This document shows, in pieces, positions 40,667 to 51,932 of a stretch of DNA of 64,000 nt. Where the stretch lies: the NCBI RefSeq assembly GCF_964204865.1, contig NC_135253.1:16120001-16184000 (forward strand), read 5' to 3'. The position numbers and the translations under genes are program-made. The stretch's first letter is position 1. The number at the start of each line of letters is the position of its first letter. The DNA comes from Styela clava (taxonomy: Eukaryota). Below the pieces are notes generated by a model. It was not told the DNA's origin. It searched no databases and saw nothing but the letters and a program-made list of their open reading frames with translations.

Positions 40667-43600
40667 ATGAATCGACTTTCTTTCGGGCTCAAGGTATCAG
40701 TTATACTGTTGTAGGTAAAATGATAAAATTTCGCGGTCAAACGGGATTTGTATTACTGGGTGTTGTTTGTAGGTATCCTAGCATTTCAGTGTCACGGTTA
40801 ACCTAACTGTCGATAAGTGATAAATGGAGTGTAGAGTCCGCGGGTCTGGTATAGTACTTCTAGTGGGCGTGGCTCGAATTTTTTTGATATGTCACTCCTA
40901 ACCCCCACCTGACTACAAGTTCGCCTCTGGCGAACGTGACGCTACCTAAACTTGAAGGAGAAGTCGCTTTTAATAGTTACCACACGGAATACAACGCGCC
41001 CCACTAACAGATTAATCCCAGCCGAGTTCGATGCGCAATAGTTTACATTTTCAACGTCAGGAGAATATTCCATTCAACAGGAATGTGTGCTTTCATCATA
41101 AATTTGCGCAACAGCGACCTAATAGGTACGGGTCTTTCTAGTCGATGTGAGGTCGCTATTTGCTATTTGATTTCAATCGGAAAAAATACCAAAGTAAACA
41201 TAAAGTATGACGCACACTAAAGATATGCTACTAGGTTCATTCGTTCAGACAAAGAAGGATTGACCTTAGCTATTCGAAGTTCGAGAATTTATTTGTAATA
41301 TTTACCACATCAGACGTGCTGACCCGGGACAATCAAAACAACTAAATTTTGATTAATGTTGAGTCATATGACGTTGCAGTTTTGTCACAGTCATCAGAGT
41401 ATCGGAAGAGGTTTTGTCATACAACATGTCATTTCAGATAGCTTCATGTACGAGGTTTTAATAATTACCTGGTTTAATTGCAGAACTGTAGGAAATTATC
41501 AACATATAAAATAAATTTGAAATGACGATTAGAATAGATTCTAACGAAAAAGTGTCTTATCAGGTGAGTTTCATTGTAATACGTATTGGTATTTACTTCA
41601 ACGCTATTTTGTAGATTTACATTGTTTTTAGAATAAAACACAAAACACACAGTCTTTGCCAAACTTACCCAGAGGGTTATGTAATATCGGCGTAAGGATG
41701 TAGTAGCGATGTTTTATTTATTGACTTAACAGTAATATTCAGTAAGTCTGATATTTTAATTTAGTTTATTTATATGTTGTATTAGCTGAAAAATGAACTA
41801 AAAAATACACTCCATATGTCGTGATCTTCCGTGCTTCACATGTGAGCATGCCTATTCTTTCATAAACAACACCAACTTAAGATTATTCTGTTAGCAATGT
41901 ATATTGTGTAGGCAATGTCGGTCGCTTAGTCAAAATCGTGGTATTTACACATAGAATCTTTTATTGTATTTTTATGTGTAAATCTATTTATTTAGTCAAT
42001 GTTTTTTATTCTCCATGTCGGTTTTTTTTCCTTTGCAGGAATACATCAATATTTCCATCGATGCGCCGAAACTGTTGGTAATCGATGACCCACATGAAAA
42101 ATTCATAGTTTACGAAACAACAGTAAAGGTACTTGGAATTTTATAGCAGATTTATCCAACTTAATCATGGAATTTGACCACCAACGTTGTGTTATAGAGA
42201 AAACGTTAGGAAATTAACTAGTATCTCAATAGTTTACAATGGGTATAATAGACGTTTCGAGTAGACAAAAGTCGCTTATGATAGCCAGAGTAGGGTAATT
42301 GTTAATTAATTTGTTTTAATTGTACACAACATTCTAGTGCTATCAGTTATTTAATTTATCGATTTAGAATATCATCCGTCAACTTATATTAATTTTTTTC
42401 AGACAAACAGTTTATCATTTGCGGCATCGCATACGCGGGTTCGTCGAAGATACAGAGATTTTGTATGGCTGTATAATCGATTAAAAAGCATTCCTAACAG
42501 GTTAGTAAGTCATTCTTCCAATCTTATCATTACGGAACAAAATTATTTTTTCATCAATTCCCGATAAAATTATTCTTTTGAAAAATTAGTTGATTTGCAA
42601 GACCAACTGTCTTTATGGCAGCCCAATAGCTCTTTACAGGGGATGGCATTCAATTAGCGATGATGATGCTATATATGTATATATCCCCATTTCTAACTAG
42701 AATGACACAATGTCATGCAAGCATTCGATACAGCGTGAAGTGAGCTGAATAAAAAAACGGCGTCGATTACAGTTTCCATATGTTTTCCGATATTTTGGCA
42801 AGAAACCGAATTTCCCAAGTTTTGCAGGATTAGGATTCACAAGGAACGGGATATTAAAGTTTTTAGTAAAATCAATCCATTGCGATTAAACAGAAAACTG
42901 TACACAAACTAGGAACATGGAGAATTTGAAAAAAATTGGTTCTGAAAAAGTCTGAACGGATTATAACTGAAAGTCCGTGCAATGCAGCAACTCAAAACAC
43001 ATGCAATTGCGCTTGACAACAGTTTGTTTATATTAGCAATTTGATTACATATATAACGTTCAATAATCCATCACTTTTACTTTTAACTTTTAATCATTTT
43101 AAAATGCTTATCTAAGACTTGTATTTATTTAGAATCATATCCGTTCCGTCCTTGCCAAGCAGACAGTATTTCTGGAATTTTAATTCTGCTTTTCTCCACA
43201 AACGCAAAGAGGCATTGGAAGTTTTTCTTAAAAGGTAAATGAGATTGGAATTATTCTGAATTCATAATTCTTTTACACCTTAAATTCGCCTATTAACTTC
43301 CATAATATGTGGCCATATATTGGACCTTTTCAGCAGCTTTAAAATTGAACTACAAGTAATGTCATACATCGCCAACATTCGGCTGTTTTATAATGTTTGA
43401 ACATTTCTGACTGTCGTCAATATATGATGAATTTGTTGGATTCAAGGATTTAAAATTTTGTCAGTTTTAATGCAACGCTTGTCAATTTTTTGACAGTTAT
43501 AAATATGTTTGCAAACGGAAGTAGAACCCGTGACAATTCAATAAATTATCTGATGTGTTTACTGGCTGACGATACTTGAATAAAATATCGATTTTATTGC

Positions 43601-44256
43601 CCACAAATTTGCTTCGTTTTTGTATATCTATCGCCTGTGGCATTACTGAATTGTTGTCAAATTCGCATAATTCCCATAGACTTCTATACTCACATAAATT
43701 TGATCATTTCGGTAAGAAATTTGGACCCGTATTTCCACGAATTTGTTTTTATATACACGATCATGTTCACCTATAGTTGATTAGACTCTTGAAGCTCAAA
43801 CTTTCTGTGATCTGTGTATAATCACACCAATGTATTTTTAAATTTTGCAGAGTGGTGCGCGAAACAATATTTTTATCAAGTACATCATTGCATCTATTTT
43901 TACAAACTGATTTGACACCTATTGAAATGGAGGATTGCATCATCAACGGAAGTGTTGAAGAAGTAATGAATACAAAAACAAAAGTTGTGGAAATGGACAA
44001 TGACTTCACGAACTCATTAGAGAGTTCAGAAGAAGTTCAGGAAATATCTAAAACCAACGATGAAAATTCAGACTCGGACCCGAAAGGTGATGATGAACAC
44101 CACACTCCTATTTTTTGGAAATGCGAAAAATCCACAATGCGAAAAGTAGCAAGCCTTCCAAATTTTTCACCTGTTGTTAGAAATTTCAATGTTGGAAGAA
44201 GTATTTTTGAAAATAATAATAACACCACTATTCAACCACTTGTTGCAAGCGAGTAG
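40667..44256 (+). CDS. PX-domain sorting nexin, SNX10/SNX11-like (exons 40667-40693, 42039-42128, 42403-42500, 43133-43234, 43851-44256)
   Basis: TNSLSF...VRRRYRDFVWL, VPSLP, RKEALEVFL and LHLFLQT motifs typical of the SNX10/11 PX domain, plus an acidic tail. Exon 1 is less certain. Confidence 0.88.
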
Positions 44257-44269
44257 CAATTTTAAAATT

Positions 44270-44472
44270 GGCGCTCCAAAAGTATGTGTACCAATATAGA
44301 GGTAACTAATTTTGTTTGCCTATTTTACATCAAGTTGTTTAAAGGGACTAAATCCTATGGGCAGGGAGTATATTTACTTGGCTAACACAGACAGTCCCGA
44401 ACTCGTAATAGTTTAAAAAAGGGGAAATCGGAATAAAATCATGGCCCAATCCTAACCTGGTACATATAATAC
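44270..44472. mobile_element. Merlin-like MITE just after the SNX stop codon
   Basis: Reverse complement of 25403-25615, starting ggcgctccaaaagtatgtgtacca. Confidence 0.75.
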
Positions 44473-45076
44473 GTAACTTGGTACCTTAAAATTTTTGATG
44501 AATATACCAAAAAACTTTCCAAACATATTTGTAAAAATAAATGTGAATTGAGCACTATTCAACTTGTGACAATTTTCCGAATCCCACCTTTTTTTGGCCT
44601 ATGGGTAAAATGAATGAATTATTTATTTAATAGCAAAGTTATATACATATTTTTATTTCCTTGCGTTAGAACATACTTCCATTTTATTGCTTTATTATTT
44701 ATTGTATTTATTAAATTCTACATCGTTATTTTGAATTGTTTATATCTCGGTATTGTATCTTACAGTTGGCGCCAATCTTGTAAGCAACAAATAATAATAA
44801 TGTTTTACGAACTATCACTAAACGCAAAGTCATGAGAAAACTTTGGAATTCCAAAAGTAATTTTCAGGTAATAAGGTAGTAAGTATGAGTTGTTTTAGAT
44901 TTGTAGTCGTTCCAGACCGCGGCACTGGAAAAATAAATGATAGAAGTCACGCAGGAAAGGCACGTCGATTTTTCAAATATATTCTCACTTCACCTTACTT
45001 GTAAGACATACATCCGATTGCTGTTATTTTTACTACGATACTCTAAGGTACTGCGATAGGGGTAAATGGTCTAGTG

Positions 45077-45348
45077 CAGTGGTTCCCAAAATTGTTTGGT
45101 CGCACGGCGCAAAATTATCAGGGAAAAAACTCAGGGCGCCCTTGCACGACGCACGTAGCAGAAAGTAAACAACATAGAAAGGTAAAATGAATTTATTGAT
45201 TCATGACGTACACAACATTTAAAATAAGAAACAGTAAAACATTCATGTATAATGGATATGTAAAATATTTAATCGTATATTAGTTATGTTCAACACAATT
45301 CTGTTAATTTTATGCAAATCGCTGCGATGCCGTCTTTGGGAATCGCTG
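45077..45348. mobile_element. hAT MITE
   Basis: TIR cagtggttcccaaa / tttgggaatcgctg. Left flank gtctagtg; right TSD not preserved. Confidence 0.55.
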
Positions 45349-46844
45349 CTGCTGAAGAATATCGTCAATTCATCACTTCCAAATCAAGGACAGTAACAAT
45401 AGCCTATAGGTACAAATTCAGGGTACTGCTGTTGTTCAGTAGTTTCCATTTAAAATACAATCTATGATTGTTACAATCTTTATTATAAACCACAATTTAT
45501 CAATATTTTGATCAATGTGAAAGCATAATAATTGATCACTGAAACTTATAAGACGAGTTCCCTCCACAAGTAGGAATGTACGAACGAATTAGACATTTGT
45601 GTCTATATTTCATTTAGATACATAGGAATGAAGGTATGCAGCTGTTTTCCCTAATGCACACGAATGGGTAAAAATACAATTGCCCATCGACGGGGTATCG
45701 TGCTTAGCGCTGTGAATGAAATCGTTGAAGCGTTGTTGATTGATTACGTGAGTTGCATCCAGCTGCTTACTTGTTGGCTCACAGATTCAATCATATCCCA
45801 CAGACGATTACTGCGGGAGGCGATTTGCGGGGTATAACAGGTCAGTTCGACTATCTAAATTCATGCATCTGCGCTGGCACCCGGTGGGTTACACTCAAAC
45901 TTATTTGGCCTAAACACGGGGTTCTTCGTATGATTAAGTCGCCATATCGATTTTAATCTGTGATACATTCTACTATATCAGTGCCGCGACATACGCACAG
46001 CGCACCGTGGGAGATCTACGGGCGTGCTGTGCAGCTTTACCAATTAACAAAAATCAATTGTATTTAGTCTGATTAAATATAACATGGGTTATCTGAATTA
46101 TGTAGTGTAGATTATTGTTTTCTGTCCGGTAATATTCAGCGTTTCTTGGTTTGCCGTGACTTCAGTTTGACCTCGTCCAAAGTAGTGTTTCTGAACGTGG
46201 TTCTCGTAGATCCACAAGTGGCCATTTTTCAAAATGAATCTGAAGTTTTCAATCAGGACGGAGCATATCCCGAGGAAGCGTCACCAATTACAAATGAAAA
46301 GAAAGGATGGATCGTTTGGAAAAATTTATTTCTTTGAAATACTTGACATCGTTATTAGAAGATATACATCAGTACAAATTTATGTCCGAATATTTAAACT
46401 TTCTGTAATCGGGTCGCTGGAATACAATTGTCTTCGTTTCTGTTTGATCCTTGTCAATTTGAACTCTGATATTCACTTTCCATTTTCAAAGGAGACCAAG
46501 GCACGGGCTAACAATATTTGCAAACATCCACGGGATGAAATGACAGTACAAATGACAAATGACGTACAGTAACTCAATTAGGCTGTTATCGCATAAAAAC
46601 GTTTCGCGCTTTGCAAATTTTGTATTTAAGTTTTAAGCTATTTTAAGGTTGCCGCCGACAAGTAGACCGAATGGTCATTTCGCGGTTATCCTGCCATCCG
46701 GTATTTAATTTCATCTTATTGGCATTCGAATATTAATTTTCCGTGCAAACCAAAATTAGGAGCTGAAACGATGAAGACTTGTCGAGTTTGACCCACGAAG
46801 TGGCATATCTTATTTACTTTCAAACCTGTACCATACCATCCAAC

Positions 46845-47803
46845 CAGCGCCGGATAAACTATTAAACAATATAAGCACGTGCTTAGGGCACCAAGCAAAG
46901 AGGGGCACCACAGTAATTTTAGAGCAGAATTATATATAGTTTATCGGTGTTTATTGAAATATTACGAGTTCACCCGACGACTCCAAATTCAAAATGTTCG
47001 CTTATTTTCCGTCTTCAAGTATCATATTACCTCCTCCGTTTTCAAGCGTGGTCCATGTGACAGTGGTGAAGAAACGCAGAGCCGACTTAACGCCGCGCAA
47101 TCCATTTTTTAGCTAGGTCCCGAAATACCAACTTAGACGGACTTGGTTGTTATTTGACGATGGCACTAAGCTTGCTCAAGCTGCAAGTTTTTATATTACT
47201 CAAATATAACAATTCGTAATAAAATGAGTGTCACAAGAAAGGTGACATGAGGAAAACACGCGGAAACGTATTTCCGTGCCCATCACATAGTGTCTGATTT
47301 GATTTCATATAATTTGAAGCGACATTAAACGCGAGATGCGGAAAATACAGCGGTAATTCTCGGGAAATAATTTGAAAATAACTGAGGGCTTTATATATAT
47401 ATATCTTTTTTAAAGCGCCATCCATGCAACATAATAATAGTCTGATTAGAACGGTAAACTCTCGTTGTTTATTAAATTGAAAGTAAGTAAACTCGCGATA
47501 TTTCGATCACTTTTGGGTTTTCTCCGACTTGCGGTCCGCGAGACCCCCTCAAAAGTTTTTGCGGTCCTCTAACCTAGCAACCTTGAACGCCCTGAGGTAG
47601 ACCACTTGGTACCGGTAAAAAAATTTAAACTACAGTTGTGATTTGTATCTCTTGGTATTTCGATTCACGTTGAGACTGGAGGCATGAATCTTTATTGTCA
47701 CTCTCAGGATTGGAGCTCAATTTTTTTTATATTTTAATTACACATAAGAGGGCCCCCAAAGTCTTCAGTGCTTAGGGCACCAAAGGGGCATAATCTGCCC
47801 CTG
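46845..47803. mobile_element. hAT-type non-autonomous element with a nested hAT fragment
   Basis: Perfect 8-bp TSD catccaac, TIR cagcgccggat / atctgcccctg, and gtgcttagggcacca repeated near both ends. Confidence 0.85.
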
Positions 47804-47832
47804 CATCCAACGCCTAACAAATTTGCGGATTA

Positions 47833-48152
47833 AGGAATAGGATTTACACGTTTATCCCGGGGAGAGAAAAGCCGATAAGACGGCTTAATCATATGGCGAA
47901 CCACGGCCTCTCGTCCGGTTACCAGTCCAGGTCAGGTATGGGATTAGTTAGCCAGTCATTTGTTTTCGGAAGCATGGACTTGATGGTGGAGGAAGCCGTA
48001 ACCGACCAGCGGTTACGTGAACCACCCTACGGCGGCGAGGAGTCCAGGAATCCTCTCGCACATGATCACCCCCGCATGCGATCCCACGAAGGATAATCAG
48101 AGCTTCGGTGGCGAGCGTATTCCCAACGCTTAGCACGATGCGCCACACCGCC
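47833..48152 (-). mobile_element. tRNA-derived SINE (diverged relative at ~45690-45955, +)
   Basis: GC-rich ~320 bp with an A-box-like head GGCGGTGTGGCGCATCGTGCTAAGCG and a simple-repeat tail aaatcctattcct. The block tatgattaag.cg.c.tatcg is shared with ~45930. Confidence 0.65.
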
Positions 48153-48683
48153 GAATATAGGGAACTTTTCGATTTGTAATTCTGCCGTCTGCCGCTTCGG
48201 TTTCAAGTTTGCCACAAGACGACAACAAATGTGCTATATTATAAAATATGCCATATGTATGATTCCATATTTATTTTAAAATATTAATAACGATTAGGAA
48301 CCTGATAAACAGTCATCATTGCTGTCCTACATATTCAGTATTCATAGACTTGGTCCACAGGATAAAGCAGAAATCATCATGCGGTATTGGCCATGGGTCG
48401 AGAAGGACTGTACTCAAAACACGAATCTATGCCGTAGATAATTTACTAGTATTATCCGAATATTATAATTCCTGAATTTACATCTCATCTTCAGGATTTA
48501 GTAATAATGATAATAAGCATCGAAAATTGAAGGCTTGGAGGGGAACACTGGTCCATTGTCATATAAAGGCCATTATTCTATAGCTTTTCTTGGATTTGCC
48601 TGTCATTAGCACAATATAAATAAAATATAAGAAAAGTAATGAAAATGAAGTGATATAAATTAAATTTCTACTGCAAATGGGTG

Positions 48684-50903
48684 TTATGGAATAGGTTGAA
48701 GCTTATAATGCAAAATCATATCACTGCTTGATTTCCAAATTAAATGTTTCACAGTACGCAGATCTAATGATGGATCGAGAACTTGCTCCTGGCATAACAG
48801 CACAACTTTGTCCATAATCACAGATGATTTATCTATATCAGTCTTAGCAGCATCAGTGTTACCAGTTGGGGTAGACTTCTTACTATTGCTTGAAGTATCA
48901 TGTTTATCTGCATTTGCAGTTGGAGATGCTGTCGGCGTGCTTGATGATGTTTGAGTTGAATCCTCTTCCAAACATAAGACTTTCTCATATACATGCTCCA
49001 TTACTTTACGTATTGAGAGCATGTCACTTGCAGACAATCTATCCTTTTTGAGATTTTTTATTGATGAGTTAGGATGCGGATGCAAATAAAATGGAATTTT
49101 AACAAACTTTGTGGGTATCTTTTTCTCAACAGCAGTATCAACTACCCACTGTGGAACAGTGTCTCGCAATAACATAGACTCCGATTCCCCTGCAGCATCT
49201 CGACAGAGTAAGCGAAACAATGTACGACCACCTACTTCACTAAATATTACTGGAGTGTGGCCAGGGACTGAAAAATATCTATTTCCCTTAATAATTTTAT
49301 GAGGTCTTTGTTTGTGGCTCGGTGAACGTTCACCTTCTCTATCATTCTTCTCATCACTGTCATTTTCCGACGTGTCTTCTATGTGTAAATGTGTACTTGG
49401 CCAATGTTCCAGCAATGCCTGCAGCAACAAACCACCATAATTAAGCTTGGTACTGGGATCTGAATTTTCAAATCCCGCTACATCTTTTGCTGTAACCCAG
49501 GCAGAAAAACAGTCAGGTTCTTCTAAATGTATACTCAACATGCCGAGTTTTAAATCGACACTAAACCAATTTGGAACATAAAGCATTTTTTCTCTTTTTT
49601 TAACTTCGGCTTCGAAATCCTTTTCTGCAAGATCTTCTAATTTTCTTGCAATGAGTACATCCCATAATGCTATATTATTGTCAGTGTCCTTTGTCAATAT
49701 ATGTCTTTTATCTGATAATATTTTGTAATGAAAAATACTTGCTTCACCAGGGAATGTATATGAAGGTTGCGTAAACTCGGGCTGTGTTGTAGTCAAAAAC
49801 TCCTCTTCAGACATCACCTCATCAAATGATCCACCTGTGGAAGCTCCATTTATATCTGATTGCCCCTTCAATGGCCAAACATTGACTGCGGAACTAGTTG
49901 TTGCGACAAAAATCTCATTCGTATTTTCTCGAGAATTCACCAGTAGTTTCAACACAGGAGCATTTTCTTCACAAACGACGTATTTCGAGGCATCTGGATC
50001 ACATAAATCAGTGCACACAACCCTTCTGTCTCTCCCAGATGAATAAATTTTGGTGAAAGATGAAGCATTGTCACCTTCCGCAGCAGCGAGAGCCCACACT
50101 CCCTCACTGTGTATATGCATTGTAAGAATACATCTCTGTTGCCCGAGAGACCACAGACGTATTGTGCCATCTGAGCTACCAGATAATACTTGTGTACCAT
50201 CTCTATTCACCAAAAGTGCTTTAACATTATCTGTATGTCCTTTCAATTTCATTTTTTTATCACATGTACGTGGGTCCCAGACTCGAAGAACTCTTTCTGT
50301 CGAACCTGCGACCATAACAGTCCCTGCAGCATTCATTGCTAAGCTGTATATTGACTGCTTACAACCATTCACATTAGATGTTGTAACAGTATTCCGAGCT
50401 GTAGTAAGAGCTGTTAATGTATTAACATCCCATATAAATATTTGTCTGTCGAGGCCAGCACTCGCGACATGTTCGCGATGTCTTGCATATGCTAATGCTC
50501 TCACATAATCCTTATGTGTACGTAATGTAGACATACAATACCCTCGATGGGCGTTCCAAACCTTTACAGTTGTGTCAGAAGATGCAGAAATCAAAGTTCG
50601 GTTGTTGCAACAAAGTACAATATCATTTACCCAGTCAGTGTGATGTTCCATTGATGCTTCATAAGAACCTCTGTTCATTTTTCCATGTTTTTTAGAATTA
50701 TCCATTTCTTTTTGAGCAGACTCACAATCCCACATTCTGATAATTGAATCTCTTCCAGCAGTGAATAAACGATTTGCAACAGGATCATATTGTAGAGCAT
50801 TAATACCAGAGCGATTCAGCATTTCCACTTTATCACGAATGATATACGACACCTGAATCTTTTTCCGTGATAACGATGGATCTCGACGTTGATGCATTGC
50901 CAT
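48684..50903 (-). CDS. WDR48: WD repeat-containing protein 48 (UAF1), intronless CDS
   Basis: 739-aa ORF with [45 protein letters not shown] and C-terminal DLRTVKH.IWKS, all diagnostic of WDR48. Confidence 0.98.
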   Translation of the reverse strand: MAMHQRRDPSLSRKKIQVSYIIRDKVEMLNRSGINALQYDPVANRLFTAGRDSIIRMWDCESAQKEMDNSKKHGKMNRGSYEASMEHHTDWVNDIVLCCNNRTLISASSDTTVKVWNAHRGYCMSTLRTHKDYVRALAYARHREHVASAGLDRQIFIWDVNTLTALTTARNTVTTSNVNGCKQSIYSLAMNAAGTVMVAGSTERVLRVWDPRTCDKKMKLKGHTDNVKALLVNRDGTQVLSGSSDGTIRLWSLGQQRCILTMHIHSEGVWALAAAEGDNASSFTKIYSSGRDRRVVCTDLCDPDASKYVVCEENAPVLKLLVNSRENTNEIFVATTSSAVNVWPLKGQSDINGASTGGSFDEVMSEEEFLTTTQPEFTQPSYTFPGEASIFHYKILSDKRHILTKDTDNNIALWDVLIARKLEDLAEKDFEAEVKKREKMLYVPNWFSVDLKLGMLSIHLEEPDCFSAWVTAKDVAGFENSDPSTKLNYGGLLLQALLEHWPSTHLHIEDTSENDSDEKNDREGERSPSHKQRPHKIIKGNRYFSVPGHTPVIFSEVGGRTLFRLLCRDAAGESESMLLRDTVPQWVVDTAVEKKIPTKFVKIPFYLHPHPNSSIKNLKKDRLSASDMLSIRKVMEHVYEKVLCLEEDSTQTSSSTPTASPTANADKHDTSSNSKKSTPTGNTDAAKTDIDKSSVIMDKVVLLCQEQVLDPSLDLRTVKHLIWKSSSDMILHYKLQPIP

Positions 50904-50972
50904 TTTTTATAACATCAAATTGAAGTCTCTTTACATTAAAAATCTTAATCTAATTCATTCTAGAAGATTTTT

Positions 50973-51028
50973 CTGAAATAACAGATATCACATCACCGGT
51001 AAATAATAAAACAGCAATACCTTTTATT
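50973..51028 (-). promoter_or_regulatory. Putative USO1 poly(A) signal (AATAAA 51028-51023) closely followed by an unpaired splice acceptor (tatttcAG 50980-50973) upstream of WDR48
   Basis: Both motifs are seen directly. Their role as an intercistronic junction is inferred. Confidence 0.55.
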
Positions 51029-51932
51029 TTATGAAAGCATTCAAGATATTGGACCCGAGTTACAGCCATCCATTAACTGGTCGTAATTGCACAAAAAACT
51101 AATGATTGCAGAGGCCATATCTTATACACAGAAAAATAGACTCAGAAGTAGATAATCACGGAGTGAGTATTTGATAATACAAGGTTTCAGATCAAACTTA
51201 TAAAAACTTATCATGCACTGAATGATACAAATTGGGCCATATGACATACCTAGGCAAGATCTCATGCACCTATTTGCCCTCAGAATGAACAGAACGTCCT
51301 ATTCAAATATGACCAAATCATGTGATATAAATATTTGTACATAAGCAAAAAATAAAACTATAAGAAAATACCACAACATTACTTTTCATTATAGATAATA
51401 CCTATAATATGATACAACAGCATACAATATTAGATAAAAGTATGCTTAAGTATGACATGAAAAATATAATACATTGCCTTGGAGAAATTTGAATCTAAAA
51501 ATTTCATAGAAAGCCCCAATGTTCTTGTAAAATGATTATCATCATAATTCATAATATTATCAGACCTATCAGAGTGTTTCTACTTTCATATTCTACAATC
51601 CTTCTCCATAAATGATTATTATCGTGAGGAATGCGCAATTAATCCATAACATTCCTATGAGTGGAGCAGCAAAAAAAAGTATCTTAAAGATATATTCAAT
51701 ATAAAAATAGCTGAAAAGGAGTCCTAACTGTACAGGAAGCCTATCGTATGCATGGACATACAAGCAGTAAATCTAGAATTCCTTCAAATTCTCTTATACA
51801 AATCTGTATGAAATTTACATAATATTACATAGCATTCCATTCTGAGATTTAAAGCAGTGAGACATGTACAGCAGTCTAAATAGAATTTGTACTAATATGG
51901 AATAAAAATATTTTCAAGAATTATTTTTGACA

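Noticed and set aside
47833-48152. A tRNA gene or the 66/67-aa ORFs here
   Set aside because: No cloverleaf or intact B box. The length, tail and related copies fit a SINE.
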